Source of the DNA: Trichoplax sp. H2
Taxonomy: Eukaryota
Assembly: GCA_003344405.1 (NCBI GenBank)
Contig: NOWV01000014.1
Coordinates: 558,001 to 622,000, forward strand
Length of the DNA stretch: 64,000 nt
Reading direction: 5' to 3'
Of this stretch, positions 33,001 to 47,400 are shown in pieces; positions within the stretch are counted from its first letter, which is position 1; each line of letters begins with the position of its first letter. The notes under the pieces were generated by a model. That model had not been told where the DNA came from. It was given only the letters and a program-made list of their open reading frames with translations, and did not search any database. Made by a program: the position numbers and the translations under genes.

Positions 33001-35440
33001 TTACCTGCAACAATGTAAACTTATCTTTCAGCAAAGTCATAAAAATAAATCTTGCGATGCCTGATGGTAGTACGTTTGATTTAAATTAATAGAAGTAGAC
33101 TAACAATTTGAGAATGCCATCGCATTGAATGGAGTATTGATATCAATGGAGTATCTTGAACTGTCAGTACCATATTATCGAGTCAATAGAGGGTATTTCA
33201 GTAGCTTAAAAAATGATCGTGATTATAATTTTTGGCGAATGGATGCTTTTAACAAATCATAATCGTTAATAGAATCGACCAATTCGAACTATTGCGGAAT
33301 GGCATAGGTGAGATTGATCTAATAGTCATTTTTGCACAGCATCGCTGCAATAAGAACAACCAGGAATGATCTAGCTGCCTTCTTTAGATTTCGAAAAAGA
33401 TTAGAAATGATTTTTTTTACTTATACTCATATGGCATGGTGAATAAGTAGACGACGAAAACAAAGGTAAAATTATATTTCAAATCGACAAATTACATCTA
33501 CAATAATCTGATATGACTTAAAAATAACATGATAAGAACTTTAATATATTATTAGAATTACTTTTTTACAAGAATTAGTTCTTCTACCTAGGACTATTTA
33601 CATTCATATCTAACCTAAAAAATGATATATTTAGAAGTTACAATACAAGTAATCTGGCGTTCATATAGAAAAAGAGATGGTGCTAATGCATATAATCTTC
33701 GTGCCAAAAATAAGATGAGAAATAACGCATTTGATTCGACAAATTGGCCATATATTTGGTAACTTGATATCTCTTACTATGCTAAATAGATTTTATAATT
33801 ATCTTGACTATTACATATTACTTGTATATTTAATATCTACAGGATACTATCAATAAATCATTTGGTAGATTTCGACTGAGCTTCTGAAGAAGCGGCAGCT
33901 ATGATGAGACTCTATCATAACTGCCAGCATTCTGACTAATTATCAGTATTCTGACTTTTAGATGTGGGTCACCTATCCGGCAAATATCTATAGGGTATTA
34001 AGAATAAATGGAGAAGTAATTGTATAGTGTAGAAATGAAAGCTAAACGCGTTAACTAATATGACTTTGAACTAGTTGATTTAAGGATAAAAATCTATCTC
34101 CAGCTATGATAAAATAGACAAACTTATAATTAAATTCATCACGGTAGCGGCTGAAATCCGAAATGTAACATCATGCGGATAAATCTTATTCTTCTGCTAA
34201 TGTTGTATTACGAGTTCGTATTAACGACGATAGAGATTTTCTACGCCATAGCAATTTTACGGCATTGTGTATTGAAGTCTTAGTAATTTATTAGAATGCC
34301 CATACAAAGTATCAATAATGCTGAAATTTACAAAGAGTAGTAATTTCAAGTAAAAGGAGTCTAGGTAACGAGCAAGAAAATTATGAACTGAAAGTCAAAT
34401 TGCTAATGTTGTAAAATTAATGACAGTAGAAGTTTTCTAAGCGATGGCATTTTTAAGACATTGTGATATTGAAAATAAATGAATTCTAAGCTGAATTCTT
34501 GTGGTCGAAATACAAATTGATAGTATACAGACATCTATTCTAATATAAAGGGTGATGAAATTGACTATGAGCAGTAATTTTAAGTGAATTCAGTACTAGA
34601 TAGCATGCCAGCAAATTATGATCTGAACCTCAAATATATTATAATAGTGCATAACAATTTGTGTTAATGCTTACGTAAAAAATATTAGCAAAGAAGTAAG
34701 TTCACTTTGAGGTAACAAGTTCAAGCTGGTATGTACTAATATATAATATGCGTGAATTACAAACGGAAACCTGATTTATTTAATAAGAATAATGATAATA
34801 TGAGTAATCACAATTGTGGCAATAAATGAATTATGTTGCAAGGCGAAGTAATATTCTAAAATGTAGAATATCAATAATAATATCGGCCTCGAGTAAATTT
34901 AGTTCATATTTCTTCTAATTACCGACAATCTTATATTATTATATGCATTAATTAGCATCAATGAGAAAATAAAATCCACACAACCGTGATCAGAGAATGT
35001 TGAAAAATCATCAATTCTAGCTTACTATAACTTAAATTACAATCATGATTTGCCATAAAGTTGGTGACTACCTGGCAAGTTCGCAATCGAATTTATAATT
35101 TGTTTAAATTGAAATGATATTAAGCACAGAGCAAAATAGTTATTAAAACGATTTCGATATACAGTATTCAGAAGTGATATCGAGTTAAAGTAGAAGAATA
35201 TAAATTAAGAGAAATCATTAACCAAATCATATCCAAATCTATAAAACAAAATTCGTATTAATCATCTAGTCAAGTTTATTACTGTACAAAGCAATAAAAT
35301 TTGGTAATTAAACCAAAGCATCAGATATAATTTTCCTTCTAAATATATACTATATATATACACGCCTATATCGATGAATATATAAATATAAATAAGAATA
35401 GAAATATAATTATCATGCCTAAAAGAACTTTTGTTTTATG

Positions 35441-38400
35441 TTAATCATCCTCTGTCGAGCTATTATTATCAAAACCGCTACTGCTACTGCTACTGCTATT
35501 ACTCAATCTCCTATCTAATGCTATGGCTGTCATAGCTGTATATTTAGGATTTTGGTTGATTGAAAATGTTCCATTTTCTTCGTCTTCTACGGTTACAACA
35601 TGATTTTTAGTTGCCACTGGAGCAACTTTCTTATCATCTTGTGAATCATCTGATTGCGCTAGACCTACTGGTAATTTTGACGGATATCTCTCGACATAGA
35701 CTGTATTCGCTTGATCCTTGTCTTTCTTTCGCCGACTACGGATGATGTGATTGATTTGGATATAAATCAAAACTGACAGTACAGAGCATAAGACGCTACT
35801 AACGCTGCTGACTACTACTAATGTAATGATATTTAGTTTAGAATTATCGTCGTTCCTAGTAGAAACAGTTGAATCTGTTGTACCAGATTGAATTTGTTGT
35901 TGCTGGCCATCTAATGGAAAACATAGATTAAATAAAAGATCTTAATTAACCTTACATATATATATATCAGACAGATAGACAAGATTTTAAAACTACAGCC
36001 AATTATTCTACTTTTTATTGGTCAATAAATGCAAGATTGCATTAACGATGCGGGCCGAAAATAAATCCTTTATACTATCTGCAAAATTATTGATCAACTA
36101 AACTGAAATTTATTGGCATTTGATGATTCCATGCAGTATCTGAAATTTTAGATTGCAGAATCGCGTTTTAAACTAGTTTATTAAGTTTACCTGTATTACT
36201 ACACTGAGCCATAGTCGGATAAACTTCACCACAAGTTTGAATCTCCGTTTGGATCACATCGCAGCTTGTACTGTTATGACAATTACAATTTCGCGATCGA
36301 ACTTGGCGATTATTAATGCAAGCTGACCAAATTGTCCAATCATCGCAAACTTTATCGCTATCAGAATAGCAATCAAATCGATTACAACTCTTGGATTCTC
36401 GCATATCATATCCACCACATTGATCAGCATCTAAAACTTGATTGGATACTCCATCACGGCATGTTCTAGTTCGAATTTGATTGCCACCACCACATGTTCG
36501 ACTACATGGCGACCATTCCGTCCAACAACTCCAAATTGGAATGACAGCAGCATTCACCACTAATCATTTATTAGTAGTAAACAAATTAGTATCCACATTC
36601 ATACGTGTATTCAAATACTCGTCTATTAATCAATTTGGTCGCTATTTGCGGCAGATTATTTTAATGGTTCGTTATTAAATTAAATTGAAGGCTTTAATTC
36701 TCAATCTTTAAAATTTTAGTTATATTCATCGGAATGAGTAATTAGGACATATTTATATGACGTTTTTAAGCTTGATGATCAAATCCAATTACGAATAGCT
36801 CGATTATTGATATTCGAGGTATCCGTCATGGGTATGACTCATTTTTATACAACTATCAACACCTGAATAATTTTCTCTCCTATATTACAATTATAAGAAA
36901 ATTTTTACCTTCAGTTGTGCATGGATTCAAGGTGCAGACGACGGTTTCAATCGAATTACCATGGCATGGTTGACCACCGTCGGTGGGAACTGGATTATCG
37001 CAGGTTCTATTTCGAGTGCGGATACCAGTTCCGCATGTACTACTGCATGGTGTCCATGGCTGCCATGATGACCACTGACCATCATTACTTTGAAATTTTT
37101 GGCATTGGCCATTAGCATCGCAATTACGAGATTCTGTTTCCATTTCATTAATTCGCATATCCTTCTCTTTACGTTCTGCTGGTAATCGAGCAAAACAAGT
37201 AAATCGGAATCGTCGTTGCGTAGTGGAATGATTTACGGCTAGCCATGGTGTCCAAACACTCGTTAGCGTTTGCTCTTGGCAATATTGACTCGCAAGGCAG
37301 GATTTCTGCTCGAGATAGTCACCAGAGCAATCGCGACCACCATATTGTGGCGTTGGATTATTACATTCTCTTTTTCTGGTTGTTACCATGTCATTATCAC
37401 ATTTCTTATTGCAAGATGCCCAACTAGACCATTCTGACCAAGCTCCGTCGATTGCTAAATGACAGATATGGAAAGAAATTAAGTAAGCCTCTCTACCGTA
37501 TATCATGCTTTCAACACATAATATCAATATCCATGTTAGAAATGGAGATCGGAGATGAATTGGAAATGATAGATTGTAGATAGATGCATACCTGGGCAAA
37601 TAATTTGCTGATTACAGGAACGAGTTTCTTCTGTTGTTTTGTCGCAAGGTGGACGACCACAGCTTCTTGTACGTCTCTGAACACCATCAAATCCGCATGA
37701 TTTTGAGCATGGAGACCATTCCGACCATGGTGAATAATTTTGTACACCTTTATAGAATTATTCATCATTAGCAACAACTTTCCACTACTATGGCAGTATT
37801 ATAGGCTAGCATGACATTGTCTGGCTAAAGAAGATGCTATTTTAATGCTATTTTAATGCTAATTTACCTGTGCAATTAACTGCATCGATTTTAACTATTT
37901 GCGTTGTACGACAACCTAAGCAATATTGCTTTCTACACTGACATTTGCCAAGATCACTCTGATGGCAACTATACCAATTTGTCCAACCCTCTATAAGATA
38001 GATGCAACAGCAATGGAAATTTTGTGTTAGAATCGATTCATTTTAATATGATTAAAACAAAACCTTCAATTCATACCTGAGTCGATCTTGGATGTAGGAC
38101 ACTTGCTTAAATCTTGTATCCAATTAGAACTAAATTTTGACAGTTATCATTCAGTCCAAAATGGTGATTATTATATATTATGATAATTATAAGTAATTGA
38201 TTGCTTACAGTGGCGTATATTCGGTACATTTGTTGTCCTTAACAGACCACCCGCAGTATGGATCATGAGCTAGAAGGCACTGGCTATTGGACAACCATCG
38301 AAAGCATACAAATATTTTGTTAGAGGTATTTCCTTAATTGCATTCTTCCAATACCAGTCTACTTACCTTTGAGTGGCATACCGACCGCATCGATTGATGC

Positions 38401-41400
38401 CAATTCTTAAAACTTTCGTTTCAGTAGTTATGAAGAGATATTTCTAGATTATGAAATGATGTAAGATCAGTATAATCTCTTCAACCTCTATCGTAGCTTT
38501 ATATATATATATATATAATAAATCGATAACTGATTTAGGAAATTCATTTAAAGTTAAGTTATTTATCTTCTTAGCTAAGTCATTCGATTTACCTCTTTCT
38601 TAATAAAGAGCATATTAGTAATTTTCTCTCCTTTCATAGCCTATTATGATGTGATTATACTTATTTAATCAATCCATGCATCAAAGGGATTCTAATGTGG
38701 AGAATAACTATGGAAAATTAATGAGCTAATTTTACTTACGGATGAAATTTTAATTTCCTCAATGGTACACAATTTTTGTCGACCGTGTGGTTGATACATT
38801 TTAAGTACGGTCCCATGATCTGGTTGATAATCATATCATTTAATTTGGTTAGATAATTGCGTCTTTTATAAGTAGAATAGAGACGTTAGTTGGAATTTAA
38901 TTGCATAATTATGCATCCTCTGATACCTGTAGCTACAAAAAAAATTTGAACATGTTGTCCACCACGGATTTGAACTTTATCAATCATTAATTTGGAAAAT
39001 CGAACATCATTCATGACAACCAAAGGTATTTTTTGTCTTGGTTGAACAACTTTTGCCATCGATTGATATTTCATAGCCTGGAAAAGATCACGTTTGGTAG
39101 TTCCAGCTGGTTGCCCTCTTGAAATACTGGTTTCGTATGTTTCACACTAAAGAGAAGAAAGGCAAAGTGAGCAATAGGTGAGAATCAATTTTGTCCAAAT
39201 TTACACGTTCTGTGCTATCTAAATCTTGATGATAGCTTGCATCTTAATTTACTATTTTATATGCTAGATTTAATTGATGTATGATCTATTTTAAGGCTAA
39301 ATAATTAACTACAGCAGTCCTTTAACCGCTGCTAACCTTTTCTATATGTCCTGGATTAGTCGCTTTTTGCCATTTGCCATTTTCATCCCGACGAATATAG
39401 TCACTGGCGAAGACAGCATTAATAGCTTCATCTTTAAATGCGCAAATAGCAGAGCCTGGTAATCCATTACTATATAGCGGTAAGGTTAAAAAATATGAAA
39501 ATGAATGAATTTTTGTAATTCATTTCTTTATGTCGTATTCGATTTAGACTACTTGATTAATGTAACTTGTTCGTAGAATTATAGCACCTACCTTAATGTT
39601 GTAAAGACTGCATAAGTGGTTTTAGTATCTTCCATTCTAAATATGTCTTCTACAATGTGCAAATACAAAGTGATAATATTTTTATTTTTAACAGGAATAA
39701 CTTGAAGAATACGAACAGTTTACGATACATTTGTACATATTGAATTATTTAGGAGTGAATATTTTAGATCTTATTAATCAGTTCATTTAGATAATAACAC
39801 TAATTATTACTTGCGACGAGACTTACTGATATTGCGGAAGTAGAAGGGAAATTTACCAGGAAGAGAACAGTTAAGTCTGGCTTTGGCGAAAGTTGTCCAT
39901 TGGTTACGAAGGATGTATACCCCACCAATATCATTCTGTGCATAATTATGATTTAGATTAATAGTTGCTTTTGTAGCTTAATTGATTAAAATTAAGTTAC
40001 GATATTGATTCAATACTACATGAAGCCGTAGAAATAGACAAGTACCCTACTTGATGGTTAAAATTTTTATAACTTAGGTAATTGTACCATACTATTCATC
40101 GCATTTCGTCTAATTTACCTTGCAAATACGAGCAATACGTGGGTAAACAGCCTAATTATGTAAATCAAGATAGATCGAGGTAGAATTCATATTATTAATG
40201 ACGCAAAATAAAAAATTTAAGAGCAAGAATTACAAGAATAGATTCTTAAGACTAATAATAACTACAGTAATCTGCTTTCCAATAGTATTCAAATTTATAA
40301 AACTCTACAAGATTCTCCTCTACTTAGAATTATAGCGCAATGATAGACATTTAATTACATTATCTGCTTCTTGAAACTCTTGAATTGTTTCAGAAAACCA
40401 AACAAACATGTGATTTAAACTTTCATGAAAGCCGGCAAATCGTGGGGCTGCAAATTTTAAAATAAGATTGATTAGATCGAGAGATTTGCACAAATTCAAA
40501 TATTAAGATATTATATTTACAGAAGTAGATGGGTTGATATTATGGATAAGGGTTTGCATTTGCTTATGTCCCAAAATATACCGCAGTAGCACGACACTTA
40601 TCATTATAATTTAGTATACTAAAGTGACCGATTTTAGGCCAAATTATTACCATTAAATATGCATTACACTTGTGTTTAAGTTACTAAAATTCATATTTTG
40701 ATTGCGTTTACGCTATTCTGTATCTTCATTCAATCTGAGGGTATAATCTCTAATTACACTTCATGCCAAATCATGATCATTCTATTCTTACCATTTAACC
40801 AAGTCGGACTACTACCGTCCGTATTCAAGGATACTTTTCCACCAAAGCGGCGCTGAATGGTGTAACTTTTCCTATCGATATCATAGACTGTTCCACCATA
40901 AAGGCTTCCATCCGCTATTTTTGTAAAATTAAAAAATATCGATAATTAAAATTAAAGTATATTTTTCTAGAATTCTTTGTCATATATTAAAGGAACAAGA
41001 ATCATTCAGTATTTTTTTTTAAATTGCCAAGCAACCGAACTGCTTTTCTCTTAAATTAATGATAGTTAGATGTGCTTTTACATTTATACCTCATGGTAAT
41101 GCTATTTTTAATGACAAGCCTACTTCTGAAATTTTGATATTCTATATACTAGATATCAGTAAACCTATTTCATTAAATTTACGCTTCCAAGTGCTACATA
41201 AGTAAGCATTACATAATGGAAATGATTTATGACTAATAAGTCTACTGATCCGGTTAATATAGCCACATAAACCAATTTATTAACCAATTTTGTGCTAATA
41301 TTTCATATTAGCATTGGAGACTTTATAATTATCCTGCACTATTCATAAATCAATTTCTACAATGTTATTCTACTATTAATTACCGTATGTAATTGAAAGA

Positions 41401-44400
41401 TTTACGCTTACTCTCTAGTGTTGCCAATAAATTTACGTGCTCATTCTAGAAGTAGGATGTAGCTGCTACTATCTTAAAGCTACTTTCTAACCGTAGTAAC
41501 CCATAATATGTAACAGTGAAATCTTGCTTAAGGCAAACTGATCAAATTATTCTTATTACCGTAATGCAATCATCAAATCTGGTTTTATATAGTTGCTAAT
41601 TATAATTATAACAGCTAGTGCTAGTCGGATGGATGGACAGAGCCAGTCGCTAATTAAGCGCGAAAATAGTTAATTAAGTATTTATAAATTCATCAGTATT
41701 AGAATATAGGAAGAGGTAGTCAACCCTTAGCCCTAGTTATGGGTAATTATGATCGAAGTTTGCTTTTTACATCAGTTTGGTATGTTCGTTTTGTAAGAAG
41801 TATAAACTAACTGTCCATGTTTGCCCGATTAAAAATATAAAATATCGAAAAATTCTGACAGTTAGGTACTATACGCATATGATCGTCATTGTTAATAAGA
41901 ACCCCTACTGTATTAATTATCCTATTAAACCAGATTAACGGATTTTCTTCAGATTAAATTATTACTATTGATGTGGATATGACCATTATCTTATTTAAAA
42001 TTAGCGATTGCTCTGGTTGATAAATATTTTGAACAGTTAGAGGGCGCGTAAATGCTAAATTTACATTTTAATTGTGATTTTAATAGACTAGAAATAGAAT
42101 GAAACTGTTTCTTTTACTAGACTAATCCTTCTGATAGATCTACTAATTTAGCTGATTCATATGAAAATCATGTGATTAAATCGAATTAATAAACGTTTTC
42201 GATATTAGAGTTTGAAAATAGTTTGTATTGCTTAATTTAATTATATTGAGCTGTTTAAATATTCGTAGCGTCGTATCTTCATACCTGAGATGGCATTGAT
42301 ACTTGGTAATGCTGGATTAAAGGAGACTAGACCATGTCCATCGTGTGTATGTAATATTTGATGTAAATTGGAGAGCTAAAAAATAATCGGCCAATTAAGA
42401 AAACAATTCTATTCAAGATCAAGCAATGCAACGATTGACAGCAAGTTGTTAGTTTAATCTGTTAGGGTCGCTAACTATCATTACATTATCATGAAAATAA
42501 ATTCATTTTGTTGATAGAATACTAGCTAGAACGTTATTTGCATTAATCGTGTTGATTTAGCATATAGATCATGGTTACGGTCAGGCTTATTATTTACCTT
42601 TCGGATGGTACAATTAGGAGCCAGCGAATAACTGCCACAGGAATATAGGTTGCGCCCAACGATAGCCAAAAAAGTCACATAATTATTGCATAAATTCTAT
42701 TAATGGTAATTTGAAAAAATTAAATGAAATCCCTTACAAGTGGTTGATAGTGATGTTAAAGATATCTATGCTAGATGAACCTAATCATTTTTAAGCTAAT
42801 CAAGCTTAAAATAATGACGACAGCTTAAGCTTTTCAACGGAAAAGATATAATCGAATTATGATGGTCCATTTGACAAATGCAGTGATTATAAATGAAGGG
42901 CTTATTTATCGCTCGTTATGGAATGTTCGTAGGAATGATATCATATGCCAATTATGATCATGTATCGAATTTAATTAAAAATAGATTACAAAGGAGAAAG
43001 CTACAATGTAAAATATTGGTCAAATTTCATTATGCGATCACTTTAATATATGATAGGAGATTGTAGTATGCCGCTGTTGAATCTCAAAATGCTGCCTTTA
43101 GAATGTCGAAATTAGTGTGTTTAAGCGTATTTTAGTAATTGGTAGTTAATAGTTGGACTATAATGATGACCAAAACGGTATAACGGTGCTAAGTAAACAA
43201 ATGAATTCTATGCCTATCTATCAATAACTTGATTATGTATATTATGGCGGGGTCAGCAATGATTTAATTGGATCGAGAGCAGTTGTTACCACGTAAGAAA
43301 GTAAACAGCGATGACCTAACGAGGGTAAATATCAATCTGCCAATGAATTTGATTCTTTTAGATCATTTTTTGACCGATAAAGTCATAGTTTGATCAGAAA
43401 AGTAATCATGCTAGTAGGGTACGTCCATTTCATCCTTTAAATTCAAATTTATCACGAAAGCGAATGTACTAACTCAACTATCTCTTTATATTTGATTAAA
43501 AGTAGGAAAAAGTTACTGATTCAGTTAATTTGCCAGGAAATCTTTCTTATAGTTATTATGATAGACTATAGAAAGAATAAGAGAAGTTTTTAAGATAGAA
43601 ATGATACACCAGATTATCATATTAAATAGATCTTATTGTTCATCTTCAAGCATCAATACTGAGCTACGGGTTCAATAACAAAAAACAACCACTTGATGAA
43701 TAAAGCCAAGATAGAATATCTATGCTCTTCATAAATCTGGCATTGAGATTAAAAATAAAAACTACAGAAATTGCTTATTTGCACTTTTCTAAAATACCGG
43801 ACTAGATGTTGGTTGTAATATGATGGTGTCAACAACATCTGGTCCATAGTTTAAGAGAAGTATCAAAAACGATCAAAGCCAAGATTAAGATTGTCATTGT
43901 CTGTAGTAGATAGAATGAAGCTAAATTACTCGGCAATAGATCAAACGGGCGTTGGTTGATGAATAGTTATTGGTCGAATGTATTATTTGTCTTGTCACGC
44001 CTTACAGTTTCTCTGCCTTTCTTTTTCATCAATCCAATCAAACAAATAGTGCACAGTTGGATAACTTACCACATTAGGTGATGATGATGGTCGGAATTGA
44101 CATTGGCGCTTTTGCTGTAGCGATGAATTATAAGGAACAATCTATAGTTCCAGATATGAATTATCAACTATTAGACACACGACCATAACAATAGAATCAT
44201 CAAGATAAGATGATTGGATTAAACTAGGCAACAATACATTGGAATGATGTTGATTGTCGAAAAAGCGTGTATGGAATCTAATCTTAGTTATTCTATCATG
44301 CGATTTGAATATTCAAATCATGGGTTCCAACATTTAAATATATACACATATCTATAAATTTAAATACAACACGCTAAAACTTTATTGACTTTAAGACTAC

Positions 44401-47400
44401 AATAGCCAAACTAAAGTAAGTTATTCATTAGAAAGTAATTTTCAAATAGTCTACCTAGAAGATGATTCTTATTCAATTGATTCAGAACTCTTAATAACTT
44501 ACTTGCAATAAATCTAAGGATTGTTTTCGTAAGGCAATAATATAATTCCTAAATTATATTGTAAGATAAAAATAAGAATTATCTAAAAGATGTGTTATCA
44601 GTCATTAGAAAAGGTACTAGATACAAATAGATAGATTCGATTGTCGGATCAAATGATCAAAATAGGAAATATCACTTAATTAGTACGTAGAAAAAATTAT
44701 TTCCAGTGGAACGTACTTTGCGCCCAGAATAATTTGATCATGTGTTGGATCTTCGACGATAGAATAATAACTTGAGACGTAACTTATTTCAAAGCTACTC
44801 TTGATGGAATCTATTCATAACATATTCAAAAAACAATATGTCATAGTTAGCTGACGATAATTACATATGCATGATAATCGACAACGTCATTGAGTTGATG
44901 ACATCTAATATACTGCTTAATACAGCCATTGATAGACAAGGAGAGTCAATACCAATATAAAAACAACTAATTATGTTGATCATGAAAAAATAGTATATAC
45001 TCCGTTAAGTAAATAAAGTCCTAAACGGCCGGGAAACCAATTTCTAATTAATTAACCATAGAGTTATGTAATAGTCTAACACCGATGATAAAGATAATAA
45101 CATAATATCCTAATTAATTAATAGACTTAATTGGATTGAGCTTACAATTTGAAAAAAATTTGTGAAAGGAAAGGAAAGAAAGTCAATATTCAGTTCATAT
45201 GTCGTCACCGTTTTCATTTTACTTTACTAAATTTTATAGAATATCACCATGATGACAAGGGCTAAATGAGATTGGATTAATTGATATTTTTTCGGAGCAA
45301 GCTCGTTTATTGGTTTCTAACTCAATTCAGTTTCTGTACATTGCCCTACTTTTCATCTTTTTTTATTTAGTTTGATATAGTTAAAATGATTTTAAAGACT
45401 TTCTATTCCTTAGTATGTACTACCGAGAATATTAATGCAAAGAATAACCCCAACACTCATTTATTTATAGCCAATTTAGATTATACAGTGCAAAAGTAAA
45501 GCATACCTTTAGGATACTTTAAAATTATAAATCGTCGATAAATTAATACTAATATCTTACTTTATCCCTTATAGCGATTTATATTAGATAGTAAGCTAGA
45601 AAGTTTTGTGATAACGAAAAGAATACTTGTACATGTGACATAAACTACTATACCATGTCTGATCGTCACGGTATAGGTGTAAAATAACGACTAATGATTG
45701 GGGTCATTGACGATAAAGTAGATACAATTAATGCTTTATTCACAATTCTAAACATGGGTACGGAATGCGGTAGCTATGATCGCCCTTAGTCTTTTCCCAC
45801 TTATAACTTAATAATAATAATAGACAAATGCCTTAGATTGTTACTTATGTCTTCATGTCGACAAATGAAGCGTAACTATAATTATCGCTTTGCTTCTATT
45901 GCAAACGAATTAATGACACAAAGAATTGAATTGGAGTACAATTGTGACCTCATTCTGATTTGCTATTTGTAAAATAGTTAAAATTTTAATCTATGATCGT
46001 CATGAACAATATCAAATAAATAAGTTAAGATCGTCTTGAGGATCTCATACGAAGTTTACAAGAAGAGCGTTGAAATAGTTACAACAATTATCAACAATCT
46101 TGACTCATCTTTATCTATAACAAATCAATTAAATCTGGATTGTACTGTATCAGTAGGAATCCAGTCAGCGGGTGATCAACAGGTGGGATAATCAAATTTA
46201 GAATGCAACTTGCTCTCATGGCATCCCACTGTTCAATTGATTTGCTAACGTGCCGTTGATTAATCAATCTAACGTAGAACGGCTCCTATCAATCAATAAT
46301 ATAAAGTCTGCCGTACACCAGGCACGAGTATACTTTTAAAAGTAGTAAATAATATCAGACAATTATAAATAAATCCTATTGATATTTTATGCGGTGTTTG
46401 TATTCAATAAACTATTAGGAATGAGATTGCACCATCACTCCATTTATTTTCCTTAAAATATTCTAACACTATGGCCGTTACTATTCATCAATGGTACGAT
46501 GCTGTTTACCATTCATACTAGCTAGTTATTGTTACTAACTGGTGTAATTAGAAAAAAAAAAAATTGATTAGGTATAGTGCTGTAAATGTAGATTTATAGA
46601 AAGCATAAAACAGAGATGAATTTAGGAAACGATATATTGCAATTTCAGATATAATTCGTGTGTAACTAGATACAAATAAGATTGAATGGACGTCGTAAAG
46701 CTTAATGAATGATTGTGACATCGCTGACTTGCTTTTGATGGATTAAAATATCTTCACTTGTTATTGTTAAAGTCTGTTATTTAAAAGTATAAAGTTTTGC
46801 TTATCTAATCCATGAATTATTATCTTAAATACACTAACTTTGTATAGGCTCCTTTTTATTACGATCAACTAACAGTAAAAAAATAAGCGACATCAATTTC
46901 AAGAAAGATATACGTAACAAGAGATGTAACCTATATGACCTATTACTGATTTCTATCCCCATAACATCATAAAGTATCACAACTATTGATTTTATAATTA
47001 AGTTATCGTTGCATGATCTTCCCGATTTAGATTACAATCTTTCGCGCATTCGTAGAAAACATATTGAATTATAGTGCTGTGGGATGGTTGAAAAAAATAT
47101 GAAAGGTCTCATTATTAATTATACGATGGCAGAAATGAAGTAAAGATCACGCGATATAAATTTTAATCTAATTGATATAAGCATGAGAAAGTTGTAGAAT
47201 AAAAGAATAATTTTTATTGCGTAAAAAAAGAAAACTAATAAAATCTATCGATCGGAACAGAACAATACAAAACAATTACTAAAACAATAGCAACGACTTG
47301 ATGAGATAGATAACAATAAAGTCATTCATCTTTATCACCGAAGTCTTTTGTTTGCGTTCTAATCTTTTTAGATAATACATACAAGAGAAGAGTTATACAA

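Noticed and set aside
36481-37777. Extra ORFs overlapping the TSR exons
   Set aside because: Shadow or antisense frames of SEMA5 coding exons.
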